A stretch of 64,000 nucleotides of DNA, taken from contig CATNEN010000034.1 of assembly GCA_950097015.1 (NCBI GenBank), forward strand, positions 1,364,001 to 1,428,000, written 5' to 3'. Origin of the DNA: Macrostomum hystrix (taxonomy: Eukaryota; Animalia; Platyhelminthes). Position numbers and translations under genes: made by a program. Numbering within the stretch: the stretch's first letter is position 1; the number at the start of each line of letters is the position of its first letter. Positions 32,400-45,660 of this stretch are shown piece after piece. Below the pieces are notes generated by a model that saw nothing but the letters and a program-made list of their open reading frames with translations, ran no database searches and was not told the DNA's origin.

Positions 32400-32975
32400 A
32401 GATGTGGAGAGTGTATGAGGAGAGATATGGAGAGTGTATGAGGAGAGATATGGAGAGTGTATGAGGAGAGATATGGAGAGTGTATGAGGAGAGATATGGA
32501 GAGTGTATGAGGAGAGATATGGAGAGTGTATGAGGAGAGATAGGGAGAGTTTATGAGGAGAGATATTCTGAGTTTATGAGGAGAGATAGGGAGAGTTTAT
32601 GAGGAGAGATATGGAGAGTGTATGAGGAGAGATATGGAGAGTGTATGAGGAGAGATATGGAGAGTGTATGAGGAGAGATAGGGAGAGTTTATGAGGAGAG
32701 ATAGGGAGAGTTTATGAGGAGAGATAGGGAGAGTTTATGAGGAGAGATAGGGAGAGTGTATCAGGGAAGATAGGGAGAGTTTATCAGGGTAGATAGGGAG
32801 AGTGTATGGGGAGATAGGGAGAGTGTATCAGGGGAGATAGGGAGAGTGTATCATGGGAGATAGGGAGAGTGTATCAGGGGAGATAGGGAGAGTGTATCAG
32901 GGGAGATAGGGAGAGTGTATCATGGGAGATAAGGAGAGTGTATCAGGGGAGATAAGGAGAGTGTATCAAGGGAGA
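32400..32975. repeat. About 23-bp purine-rich minisatellite (ggagagtgtatgaggagagatat)
   Basis: Direct periodicity with gradual drift of the unit. Confidence 0.92.
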
Positions 32976-34129
32976 TATGCAGAGGGAGAGAAATTTGGTA
33001 GAAAAGAGAGAAATGAAAGAAATAAGCAGAGAGAGGGGGAGAGAAGAATAGGCTGGACTTCCTGAACCCCATGGGGGATAAAGGGACAAGGCGATGGGAG
33101 GGGAGATAAAAAGCTGTAGTTTGGGCCAAAGGGGAGAGCAGAATCGTTACCGTCTGCCGTCTTGTCCCGTCTTTCTATTCTATTCCCTATTTTTTTGCCC
33201 CCATTACAGAAGCGGAAGAGGCGCTTTGGGACTGGGGGGGATAAGGAAACGACAGGCAGAGAGAACCGGGGAACACCGAGGGTCCTTTGTGTCACCGCCT
33301 CAGTTTGGCTGTCCCCCCACATTTTGAGAGGCTTAAATGATGAAAATGGCTTTTTAGTTTTTTCTTTCAGTTGAAAAGAAAATGGGCTGGAGAAAAGCAG
33401 AGTGAATGAATGACCAATGCGAATTCCTCCTGCTGTCATCGCCCGCTCCTCACCTCCCTTTTTCAGATCCCCAAACCGCAGTCTGAATTCTTGCTTGCTA
33501 ATCCGCATCCTGAGGACGCCAGTTTCTTTCTATTTCTGCACTTTTTTCAGCCTGGCTTTCTTTGATTTTCTTGGAAGAACGAAAACGGACAGACAGTCTT
33601 TGGCCGCTAAAGATTTGCTGCTGCGGAAACTGAGGGACCATTTGTCTTTGCTTATAAGCTTACTTGGGCTTCGCCCCACTATTTCATAATCCTTAATTAT
33701 TTCAGATTTTCGGTATAACTATACTCGTCTTTTTGTCATTGAGTTTAGACTTTAGCCTGAGTTCACACAACATCGCCCTGCCCAGTCCATGGACTTATTA
33801 TATGACCACTTCAGCTATCTCTTCTTCAAGGCCAAACTATTAGTCAAGTGCGGACGGAAATAAGAATTTTAGTGTAAGTTTTAGATGACAAATACACACT
33901 AACATAGTCAAGACAGCGGGCATGCAGGCCAATCATTTTCTTAGCCATTCAACTTTAGAAAGTCCTGCCGATGCTTTTTTCTGTCTGGCCTTGGGGATAG
34001 GAGGAGGAGGGGCGGTGGATCCCGGGATCCTGGGGGACCCTGGGACGCCTTTTTGCTCTAGGCACTTTTACCAAAATATTTTCTGCAAAGCTGTTCTTTA
34101 TGCGCTCATGCAGATGCAGGTGGCCAGAG

Positions 34130-34555
34130 CAGATAAGGGAGACAAGGTAGATAAGGGAGACAAGGTAGATAAGGGAGACAAGGTATATAAGGGAGACAAG
34201 GAAGATAAGGGAGACAAGGAAGATAAGGGAGACAAGGAAGATAAGGGAGACAAGGTAGATAAGGGAGACAAGGTAGATAAGGGAGACAAGGTAGATAAGG
34301 GAGACAAGGTAGATAAGGGAGACAAGGTAGATAAGGGAGACAAGGTAGATAAGGGAGACAAGGTAGATAAGGGAGACAAGGTAGATAAGGGAGACAAGGT
34401 AGATAAGGGAGACAAGGTAGATAAGGGAGACAAGGTAGATAAGGGAGACAAGGTAGATAAGGGAGACAAGGTAGATAAGGCAGACAAGGTAGATAAGGGA
34501 GACAAGGTAGATAAGGGCGACAAGGAAAAAAGGGAGATAAGGTAGATAAGGGAGA
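34130..34555. repeat. 18-bp minisatellite (agataagggagacaaggt)
   Basis: Direct; explains the DKGDKV shadow ORF. Confidence 0.95.
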
Positions 34556-34864
34556 CCCTTCTTCATCACCTGTCAAAGATTATCGCTCCATGAACACATC
34601 CCCCAACATGGCCACCGATCACTCTCTCACTAGCCTTATTCCTTCAGAAATTCACTGTGAATCTCTTGGCATTTCGCTGCTTGTTTGAAGAATTAGAAAA
34701 AATGACGCACTTTTAGAAAGGCAATTAACACCGGCCAAATGATTGACGGCTGGCCTGAAGTCCCTGAAGAAAGATCTCCAGTGTTGATACGGGGACTCCT
34801 GTTTCTCCCGCGGCGTGTTCAGCTTTCCGCGCTTCAATGCGGCTACAGTGGCTTAGATTTGAAG

Positions 34865-34990
34865 CCTAGGAATTGGAGTTTCTGAATTCGGACTGAGTGG
34901 TCGGGAGTTCGAATCCTGAGCCCATTTGGAACTATTTGTGTCCATGGGTCCGTGGACCCCCAGTCCACGGACTGAAATGTTGTACACAGC
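34865..34990 (+). mobile_element. Diverged copy of the tRNA-derived SINE
   Basis: gtggtcgggagttcgaatcctgagccc ~ gaggtcgggagttcgaatcgcagccc (14790). Also shares ttgtgtcc and ccacggactgaaatgttgtacacagc ~ ccatggactgaacagctgtacgcagc. Confidence 0.6.
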
Positions 34991-35999
34991 TGATAATCCG
35001 GGACTTCACAGCGTATCTTTCGTAAAAATTCAGCTGCAAGCCAAACTTATCAATCAATCAATAATCTGGCATTCCCACGCGCAAAAAAATCGATCAAGAC
35101 TTGTTGGCTAGAAATCGATTCCCTGATTGGGGTGGGGGGGCGCCAATTCCCAAACGACGCCAATTCACTCGAGGAAATACTGTTCGCGGAAAACTAATCC
35201 CAATTTTGTTTTATCACTTCCCATTCTAGTTAGTTTTCAATTTTTTTCTCTTGACTTAGTCAAGACTACGTCAAGACTACCTCAGAATTCAGACAGAAAA
35301 TAGGGAAGAGTGGCTGGATAAAATGATGAGCATAGAAGCCCAGAGTCGCCTTCGGCTATTGGAAGGCGCCGGAAAAGCCCAGATCGATGCCGCGGGTCTG
35401 ACGAACTGCTGCTAGCGGTTGGATGCCGAATTTTAATAAAAGCTGGCCTCACGCAGTCACCAGTGCGAGAGCTTCATACGAGCTAGAGCTCCGGGTCTGT
35501 GCGTGTGTCGCCAGCGCAGTACTTTATCCGCTCTCTCACTCTCTCACTCATGCACTGATTCAGTTTCTGTATTTTTAGCCTCTTCGGTTCCGCCTCTGCG
35601 AGTCCGCGGCGTTTGCCGCTCGGTTCTACTGTTTTTAAGGGCCGGGTTTGCGGGAGGGGAACAAGGAGGAGACGGGCTTGTCACGGCCTGAAGCGGGAGC
35701 TCGCGGCTATAAGATGAATAATCCAGCCATGCAAATATGGGACAGATATCCCAGACGACGCTCTGCTTGCTGCGCTGGCAATCACGCCGCTGTGAAAAAT
35801 GGGATTTCCGCTGCACCAGCCAGGCGACAAAGCTGAAGAAGGAGACGGATGAGGCGCAAAACCGGCACGAATTGTGCGGGGAGGAGGTTGTCTTGCCGCC
35901 AGCTGAGTACATGGGAGAATATGATGAGACCACAGAGATAAGTGAGCCCGAGAGGAAACGGAATGAAAAGGGTGGAAGGACAATGAACAGAAAATAAGG

Positions 36000-37645
36000 A
36001 GAGAGTAGACAAGGGAGAGAGTAGACAATGGAAAGAGTAGACAAGGGAGAGAGTAGAGAATGGAAAGAGTAGACAATCGAGAGAGTAGACAAAGGAGAGA
36101 GAAGACAAAGGAGAGAGTAGACAAAGGAGAGAGTAGACAAGGGAGAGAGTAGAGAATGGAAAGAGTAGACAATCCAGAGAGTAGACAAAGGAGAGAGAAG
36201 ACAAAGGAGAGAGTAGACAAGGGAGAGAGTAGACAAGGGAGAGAGTGGACAATCGAGAGAGTAGACAAGGGAGAGAGAAGACAAGGGAGAGAGTGAAAAA
36301 TCGAGAGAGTAGACAAGGGAGAGAGAAGACAAGGGAGAGAGTAGACAATGGAAAGAGTAGACAATCGAGAGAGTGGACAAAGGAGAGAGAAGACAAAGGA
36401 GAGAGTAGACAAGGGAGAGAGTAGACAATCGAGAGAGTAGACAAAGGAGAGAGTAGACAAGGGAGAGAGTGGACAATCCAGAGAGTAGACAAGGGAGAGA
36501 GTAGACAAGGGAGAGAGTAGACAATCGAGAGAGTAGACAAAGGAGAGAGAAGACAAAGGAGAGAGTAGACAAGGGAGAGAGTAGACAATGGAGAGAGTGG
36601 ATAATCGAGAGAGTAGACAAGGGAGAGAGTGGACAATCGAGAGAGTAGACAAGGGAGAGAGAAGACAAGGGAGAGAGTAGACAAGGGAGAGAGTGGACAA
36701 TCGAGAGAGTAGACAAGGGAGAGAGTAGACAAGGGAGAGAGAAGACAAGGGAGAGAGTAGACAAGGGAGAGAGTGGACAATCGAGAGAGTAGACAAAGGA
36801 GAGAGAAGACAAAGGAGAGAGTAGACAAGGGAGAGAGTAGACAATGGAGAGAGTGGATAATCGAGAGAGTAGACAAGGGAGAGAGTGGACAATCGAGAGA
36901 GTAGACAAGGGAGAGAGAAGACAAGGGAGAGAGTAGACAAGGGAGAGAGTGGACAATCGAGAGAGTAGACAAGGGAGAGAGTAGACAAGGGAGAGAGAAG
37001 ACAAGGGAGAGAGTAGACAAGGGAGAGAGTGGACAATCGAGAGAGTAGACAAGGGAGAGAGTAGACAAGGGAGAGAGAAGACAAGGGAGAGAGTAGACAA
37101 GGGAGAGAGTGGACAATCGAGAGAGTAGACAAAGGAGAGAGAAGACAAAGGAGAGAGTAGACAAGGGAGAGAGTAGACAATGGAGAGAGTGGATAATCGA
37201 GAGAGTAGACAAGGGAGAGAGTGGACAATCGAGAGAGTAGACAAGGGAGAGAGAAGACAAGGGAGAGAGTAGACAAGGGAGAGAGTGGACAATCGAGAGA
37301 GTAGACAAGGGAGAGAGTGGACAATCGAGAGAGTAGACAAGGGAGAGAGTGGACAATCGAGAGAGTAGACAAGGGAGAGAGAAGACAAGGGAGAGAGTAG
37401 ACAAGGGAGAGAGTGGACAATCGAGAGAGTAGACAAGGGAGAGAGTGGACAATCGAGAGAGTAGACAAGGGAGAGAGAAGACAAGGGAGAGAGTAGACAA
37501 GGGAGAGAGTGGACAATCGAGAGAGTAGACAAGGGAGAGAGTGGACAATCGAGAGAGTAGACAAGGGAGAGAGAAGACAAGGGAGAAGAGTAGTTGACAA
37601 TAGGGAGAGTAGACAAGGGAGATAGTAGACAACGGACAGTGGATA
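36000..37645. repeat. 16-bp purine-rich minisatellite (gagagagtagacaagg)
   Basis: Direct periodicity. Confidence 0.95.
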
Positions 37646-38808
37646 GGCAAGGCAATAGAAGGTAGTCATTTGAGAGGTAGACAGGTCAGGGGGTGTATAA
37701 GACGCAGCAGAGGATTCTTCCACGAGAGTTTCAATTTCAATGAAGAATGTCGAGTGGAGGCCTGCTGAATGTAGTCAGTCAGAGAGTCAGTAGCCCTGCC
37801 TTGTCTCTCTATAACGATTATAACAGCTCTTGCATTCCAAGAAAAGGGTCCGGAAAAAGGCACTCAAGTGTGGGTAGCTGCATTCCACGCTAACCAACAC
37901 TTTCCAATCAATAAGTTTTTCTTGTATCGATCCAGCCAAATTGCTAGCGCCGAGTGGACTTATTTTTCGCATTGTCATTTGCTTCCTAAAGCAGAATCTA
38001 AACTTAAAGTTGTGCCTAGTCTAGTACACAATATTCAGTTTTTACACTCACCTTGACGGTGCAGGTAGATTGTCAAACAAAATCTAGCGAGATGGACAAC
38101 CGCAAGTTGCGTGTCCAGTGATTCCCGACTGTCCTACCGAATTGTTGCTGCTGTGTGCTTTGCTTAATATTCAGCTACAGTTAGGCCACCCCAATGCCTC
38201 ATGTGACAGCGACTTCAACTGCTGACCAATCCGTGACGATCTCAAGACCGTCCGAGGTTGTTCATTGGTTCGTTTATGTAAAAAAATCAATTTAAATTAA
38301 AGCTAGTTCAGAGGCAACGATGTGACGTTTAAAGAGTGATTTAGATAATACATTTTTTTGTTTATTTCTGCTACAAAAGCTGCTTAAGTGACAAGAAAAT
38401 CTATTGCATTACAGAATTCAATATCACTCACAAAAAATTGTAGATTAGCTCAGCTGAATTCTTGGAAACTGTACGAGATTATCACAACTAATAAAGTACA
38501 GATAGAAACGCTGATCAATCATATAGGAGAATAAAATTTGTAACTAAATATAGTTTAACTGAATTGCACAAACGAACATAGACTAGACATTCAGGCCTAA
38601 ACTGAACTCAAGTAAATTCACTCACAAAATGATCAAACTTGGGTCAACGTTCAGAATTGGGATCAATATCTATATAGAGCCGCTAGCTATGAAATAGCTA
38701 GCTAGAATAGAAAATAGTAGAACAGAATGGAACAGAATGGAACAGAATGGAATAGAACATGATAGAGTGAGTTAGAAAATAGACAATCGTCGCTTTTTGA
38801 AACTGTCA

Positions 38809-38960
38809 GGCGACGGCTTGTGGGCGAGGTCCACTGACAGAGAGGTTTGCACCTGGCGGTCGGGTCGAAGGAAAATAATTAATTAGAACGGAATAGAAAA
38901 GAACAGAATAGAATATAATAGAACAGAATAGAATAGAACAGAACAGAATAGAACAGAATA
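38809..38960 (-). repeat. Dispersed duplicate of the BBS2 intron 4/exon 5 junction
   Basis: 38809-38900 is identical to 40410-40501 (ggcgacggcttgtgggcgagg...gaacggaatagaaaagaac), followed by a short AGAAT tract. Confidence 0.9.
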
Positions 38961-39044
38961 TAATTTGATCATAATATGCCAATCTACTTAGTTTATCAGC
39001 TACAAAACATTGAGTGAACTCAACTAAGCCGCTTGGAAATCTGA

Positions 39045-42000
39045 TCAGGCCGAACCGGACCGGATGATCTTGTGCAGCGCGCCCAGATTGTTGGCCTTCA
39101 CTGCTGCGCGACAGTCGTTAACTGCCTGCGTCTTGTAGCGGCCCGCGCGCAGCCGACCAGCTCGCTGGATGATCTGGTTGAGGGCCTTCAGCGCCTCACT
39201 CAGCGCCTGCTGATTAGACGCCCGCATCGTGTAGGCCGACGCGAGGTCCCGGTTGATGTCGCGCAGATCCCTGGGATATCGGGTTTGGGAATCCACAATG
39301 CTTTCCACTGGAAGCAGAGAAAATTCCATGCTATCCCTGGAAGCAGAGAAACTGCCATGCTTTCCACTGGAAGCAGAGAAACTGCCATGCTTTCTCCTGG
39401 AAGCAGAGAAACTGCCATGCTTTCTCCTAGAAGCAGAGAAACTGCCATGTTTTCCACTGGAAGCAGAGAAACTGCCATGTTTTCCACTGGAAACAGAGAA
39501 ACTGCCATGTTTTCTCCTAGAAGCAGCAACGTTTCCGTGCCTATGCTCTCACTTGTATGCCTTGCTCAAATTGACAAAGTCGCCAAGGAGGCGCGCGTCC
39601 TCCGCCCTGACCACCAGGCCGCGCACCAGGTTGGCGCTGTCGGCCATGTCGCCGGACAGTCGCTGCCTCTGAGCCTCAAATTCGCCGATCCTTTCAACCA
39701 GGCTCTGCAGGCTGTCGGCCAGGCCCGGGAACTCGGCCTCCGAGGCCAGATCCTCCAGGCCCAGGTAGCCGGCCAGGGCGGACACGAGCTCGCCGGCCAA
39801 CTCCATGTTGTCCGTGCCGATCACCTAGATCAAATTTTAATCGAATGACCTTAGAGAGCTACTGTAAGTAGAAATGAAAGCAAATCGAAGCAGTTTTTTA
39901 GCATTAGCGCAATTTCGAAGAGCCAAATCTGAAAGCGAACCATTTTGTCTCCTTCAGCCCACAGACGCAGCGGCTCCCCGGTTGCCATGGAGACGAAGCG
40001 GCAGTCGAGCGAACCGGCGCTGCCAACCTCCTCGGCTAGCAGGAAGTTGGCGTTGACCCACATGGCCACCCGCTGCAGCCGCTCCTGCAAGCGGAAGCGC
40101 ACGAAGCCGGCGGGCTGGACGGCGGCCTCCTCATCGGGACCGGTGGCGGCGAACACGGCGAACCTCGGCAGGGTTCTAGTGGTCTCGAACACGTGAAACT
40201 GGCTGGCCCCGCGCGGCCCAACCAGGCATTTCAGGTGCAAATCAACGCTGGCGCACTTGCTTGGATACAGCGGAATGTCTATGGTCGGACCCAGCCGGTT
40301 GGCCGGCGGGTGGGTCACGTGACTCTCGCCGTCGAAGATGCCCTCGGCGAAGACTATAACGGCCCGGATGGCGGTGCTGTTGGTGGTGGCCACCCGCAGG
40401 CGAACGCACGGCGACGGCTTGTGGGCGAGGTCCACTGACAGAGAGGTTTGCACCTGGCGGTCGGGTCGAAGGAAAATAATTAATTAGAACGGAATAGAAA
40501 AGAACTGAATAGAATAGAATAGAATAGAATAGAATAGAATAGAACAGAATAGAATAGAATAGAACAGAATAGAACAGAATAGAACAGAATAGAATAGAAT
40601 AGAACAGAATAGAATATAACAGAATAGAATATAATAGAATAGAATAGAATAGAACAGAAAAGAATAGAGCAGAATGGAATAGAATAGAACAGAATAGAAT
40701 AGAGTAGAATGGAATAGAATTAGAACAGAATAGAACAGAATAGAATAGGATAGAACAGAACAGAATAGAACAGAATAGAATAGAATAGAATAAAATAGAA
40801 CAGAATAGAATAGAACAGAATAGAATAGAACAGAATAGAATAGAACAGAATAGAATAGAACAGAATAGAATAGAACAGAATAGAACAGAATAGAACAGAA
40901 TAGAATAGAACAGAATAGAATAGAACAGAATAGAATAGAACAGAATAGAATAGAACAGAATAGAACAGAATAGAATAGAACAGAATAGAATAGAACAGAA
41001 TAGAATAGAACAGAATAGAACAGAATAGAATAGAACAGAATAGAATAGAACAGAATAGAATAGAACAGAATAGAATAGAACAGAATAGAATAGAACACAA
41101 TAGAATAGAACAGAATAGAACAGAATAGAATAGAACAGAATTTAGAGCAGAAAAGAATAAATCAGAAATTAAAATTATCTGGGAGCTCTGGACTGTGCAA
41201 GGCTGGCGCTAACACCAGCGGAACACTTTTTGGCTCAGGCACCTGCGTATTGGCTGGGATGGCTGAGACAGCCTCGGCGGAAATGCCGCTGACGCCGCTC
41301 CCACCGCCCAGCTTCTCAACAGTCGGGACGGCGGTCGCGGCCTTCGCTGATGATGATGAGGCAGACTGCAGCTGCGCCTTGGCGTTCTCTTCGTAGTTGC
41401 GCAGCTCCAGGCGCAGATTCTGGCGCGTCTGCAGCAGGCTGTGCACGGAGCTGGCCGAGTCGACGCCCGTGGTCTCCAGCAGGGTGGCGCGAAGGTGGCT
41501 GGGCACCGGGTCGAAGGAGCGCACCTGTGCAAAGGGTTGGCTTCTGTAGATCAGACTGAACGCAACCCGATATGCTGCCATGGACTGCCATGGACTGTCA
41601 TGGACTGTCACGGACTGCCATAAACTGTAACGGACTGCCATAGACTGCTATAAATTGTCTCGGACTGCCATAAACTGCTATAAATTGTCACGGACTGCCA
41701 TAAACTGCTATAAATTGTCACGGACTGCCATAAACGCACGGACTGCCATAAACTGCTATAAATTGTCACGGACTGCCATAAACTGCTATATATTGTCACG
41801 GACTGCCATAAACTGCTATAAATTGTCACGGACTGCCATAAACTGCTATATATTGTCACGGACTGCCATAAACTGCTATAAATTGTCACGGACTGCCATA
41901 AACGCACGGACTGCCATAAACTGCTATAAATTGTCACGGACTGCCATAAACTGCTATATATTGTCACGGACTGCCATAAACTGCTATAAATTGTCACGGA

Positions 42001-45000
42001 CTGCCATAAACTGCTATATATTGTCACGGACTGCCATAAACTGCTATAAATTGTCACGGACTGCCATAAACTGCTATATATTGTCACGGACTGCCATAAA
42101 CTGCAATAAATTGTCACGGACTGCCATAAACTGTCACGGACTGCCATAAACTGCTATAAATTGTCACGGACTGCCATAAACTGCTATAAATTGTCACGGA
42201 CTGCCATAAACTGCTATATATTGTCACGGACTGCCATAAACTGCTATATATTGTCACGGACTGCCATAAACTGTCACGGACTGCCATAAACTGCTATATA
42301 TTGTCACGGACTGCCATAAACTGTCACGGACTGCCATAAACTGCTATAAATTGTCACGGACTGCCATAAACTGCTATAAATTGTCACGGACTGCCATAAA
42401 CTGCTATAAATTATCACGGACTGCCATAAACTGCTATAAATTGTTACGGACTGCCATAAATAGTCACTGTGGCTGTCACTGGCTCTTATCTGTTAAAGGC
42501 TGCAATCGACTATCAAAGTCTAATTGACTATCAAAGGCTGTAATTGACTATCAAAGGCTGTAATTAACTATCAAAGGCTGTAATTGACTATCAAAGTCTG
42601 TAATTGACTATCAAAGTCTGTAATTGACTATCAAAGTCTAATTGACTATCAAAGGCTGTAATTAACTATCAAAGGCTGTAATTAACTATCAAAGTCTGTA
42701 ATTAACTATCAAAGGCTGTAATTAACTATCAAAGTCTGTAATTGACTATCAAAGGCTGTAATTAACTATCAAAGGCTGTAATTGACTATCAAAGTCTGTA
42801 ATTGACTATCAAAGTCTGTAATTGACTATCAAAGGCTGTAATTGACTATCAAAGGCTGTAATAGGCTGTTAAAGACTGTCAGTGATTCTCACACCGTTCC
42901 TCACCTCACCGTCGACGCTGACAATCGTGAGCAGCTTAGTGCCGTCCCGTCGAAAATCGGCCGCCACAATGCCGGCCACGGAGCAGGGGAACTGGTCCTT
43001 AAACAGCACCTCACCTGTGCGACTATTGCGGGCGTCTATTTTGCCATTGGACCAGCCGGTGATGAGTTCCGGCACGCCGTCGCTGTCCAGATCAAAGGCA
43101 AACACCGCCACCGGCTTGTTCTTAGATTTGATGCGCCACAGCCGAGTGGACCTGAAATTGAAACACACTTCTAAGACGTTAATTCAGGTGCCGATTGTAA
43201 GCGCTTCAAATCGTCTGTGCATTCTAGGAATGGTAGATTATATTAGCTACCTGCACTATCGATAAGTTTTATAATCTCACCTCTCCACTGCCTCACCAAT
43301 TCTCCTGCCCCTGTCACCAAATTCTCCTGCCCCTGTCACCAATTCTCCTGCCTCTCTCACCAAATTCTCCTGCCTCTCTCACCCAATTCTCCTGCCTCTC
43401 TCACCAAATTCTCCTGCCCCTGTCACCAATTCTCCTGCCCCTGTCACCAAATTCTCCTGCCCCTGTCACCAATTCTCCTGCCTCTCTCACCAAATTCTCC
43501 TGCCCCTGTCACCAATTCTCCTGCCTCTCTCACCAAATTCTCCTGCCTCTCTCACCCAATTCTCCTGCCTCTCTCACCAAATTCTCCTGCCCCTGTCACC
43601 AATTCTCCTGTCTCTCTCACCAACTCTCCTGCCTCTCTCACCAAATTCTCCTGCCCCTGTCACCAATTCTCCTGTCTCTCTCACCAACTCTCCTGCCTCT
43701 CTCACCAAATTCAACTGCCCCTGTCACCAATTCTCCTGTCTCTCTCACCAATTCTCCTGCCTCTCTCACCAAATTCTCCTGCCCCTGTCACCAATTCTCC
43801 TGCCTCTCTCACCAATTCTCCTGTCTCTCTCACCAATTCTCCTGCCCCTGTCACCAATTCTCCTGCCTCTGTCACCAATTCTCCTGCCTCTGTCACCAGC
43901 TCTCCTGCCTCTGTCACCAATTCTCCTGCCTCTGTCACCAATTCTCCTGCCTCTGTCACCAGCTCTCCTGCCTCTGTCACCAATTCTTCTGCCTCTCTCA
44001 CCAATTCTCCTGCCTCTGTCACCAATTCTCCTGCCTCTGTCACCAGCTCTCCTGCCTCTGTCACCAGCTCTCCTGCCTCTGTCACCAATTCTCCTGCCTC
44101 TGTCACCAGCTCTCCTGCCTCTGTCACCAATTCTCCTGCCTCTGTCACCAGCTCTCCTGCCTCTGTCACCAATTCTCCTGCCTCTGTCATCAACTCTCCT
44201 GCCTCTCTCACCAATTCTCCTGCCTCTGTCACCAATTCTCCTGCCTCTGTCACCAGCTCTTCTGCCTCTGTCACCAGCTCTCCTGCCTCTGTCACCAATT
44301 CTCCTGCCTCTGTCACCAGCTCTCCTGCCTCTCTCACCAATTCTCCTGCCTCTGTCACCAGCTCTCCTGCCTCTGTCACCAATTCTCCTGCCTCTGTCAT
44401 CAGCTCTCCTGCGTCTGTCACCAATTCTCCTGCCTCTCACCAATTCTCCTGCCTCTGTCACCAGCTCTCCTGCGTCTGTCACCAATTCTCCTGCCTCTGT
44501 CACCAGCTCTCCTGCCTCTGTCACCAATTCTCCTGCCTCTGTCATCAACTCTCCTGCCTCTCTCACCAATTCTCCTGCCTCTGTCACCAATTCTCCTGCC
44601 TCTGTCACCAGCTCTCCTGCCTCTGTCATCAACTCTCCTGCCTCTCTCACCAAATTCTCCTGCCTCTGTCACCAGCTCTCCTGCCTCTGTCACCAAATTC
44701 TCCTGCCCATTCTCACCTCTACGAACTGTTCATTCTCTTCTCTCCTCTCTATCTGCACATACCCTTTCGTCACTATTCCGTTATGTGTTCTCTTCCCAAA
44801 CGGTCTCACCTGTCGTAGACTCCCACAGTTCCGTTAGCCAGGCCATAGGCAAACACGGAGCCTTGCAGCGGGCACAGGCAGCAGACAACCTCGGTCTCGG
44901 TGATCTCTTGAACAATCTCGTCCTCCTGAAAGACGCGAATCTCATAGTCTTCGCTGCCAACCAGCAGCTCGTTGCTTCCGCTGCCCAGAAATTGGCAGAG

Positions 45001-45630
45001 GGCCAGGCTGCTCACATTGTCGCCGGTGACGCTCCAAAACACGTCCGTGCCAGATCTGTTTAACGATTTGGGTATTTACAGCCCTAGACTATACATAGAG
45101 CTCAATTTTATTGGAAACCCCAATTACGAAACACTCGCCGACCTGTCAAATCCCGTGAGCGAACAGTTGCCGCCAACCAATGCCAGCTGACCGCCCCCAG
45201 TCTGTCGGCCAAGTCGGCCAACGGCAATAGCGCTGACGCCGTCCGGAGCGTCGCGGAAGAATGCGTCGGCATTATTCAGCACGTCGTAGGCCAGGCAGGA
45301 GCCAGCTGTGCCAACTAGCAGGAGGTCCTGCAGCGGCGAGGTGGCCGGTTCCCCAAGCCGACCGGCGGCCAGTGCCGTCACAGCCTGGCCGACATTCAGC
45401 AGGACGACGTCGGCAGCGCCGGAGGCAGAAGCAGGTTCCGGGCGGAGGATGCGACTGTTGGATCCACCGCCGCTGCAACTGCCACCGACACCGGGACCCA
45501 GGAGCATCACTCGGCCAGCGGGCGCAGCGCAGGCGAGTGTGTCGGAGCGACCGTCGAATCTACCGACGGCGACGCAGCCTGGCACGACCTTCTGCGGCAG
45601 GCGAGCCTGGTAGCTTGGCACTACTGGCAT
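39045..45630 (-). CDS. BBS2: Bardet-Biedl syndrome 2 protein (BBSome subunit), about 757 aa; exons 45630-45143, 45055-44810, 43151-42905, 41524-41243, 40453-39941, 39824-39553, 39270-39045
   Basis: Characteristic motifs [87 protein letters not shown]. Six GT-AG introns, all in phase (2274 nt). Confidence 0.96.
39300..39526. repeat. 30-bp minisatellite in BBS2 intron 6
   Basis: tttccactggaagcagagaaactgccatgc repeated about 7 times. Confidence 0.93.
40495..41150. repeat. (AGAAT/AGAAC)n microsatellite in BBS2 intron 4
   Basis: Direct. Confidence 0.95.
41576..42865. repeat. Two adjacent minisatellites in BBS2 intron 3: 30-bp (actgccataaactgctataaattgtcacgg, 41576-42460) and 20-bp (attgactatcaaaggctgta, 42505-42865)
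   Basis: Direct periodicity. Confidence 0.95.
43290..44710. repeat. 21-bp minisatellite (ccaattctcctgcctctgtca) in BBS2 intron 2
   Basis: Direct; explains the TEAGELV shadow ORF. Confidence 0.95.
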
Positions 45631-45641
45631 GGCAGCTGCTG

Positions 45642-45660
45642 CTGCAGAGTAAAGAAATTC
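45642..45660 (-). promoter_or_regulatory. 3' splice or trans-splice acceptor 11 nt upstream of the BBS2 ATG
   Basis: Sense strand aatttctttactctgCAG|cagcagctgccATG: pyrimidine tract plus tandem CAGs. Confidence 0.5.

Noticed and set aside
33922-44696. DKG, PCL, LSPLSTL, SILFY, WQSVTIY and TEAGELV repeat ORFs
   Set aside because: All coincide with intergenic or BBS2-intronic tandem arrays and are open in multiple frames.
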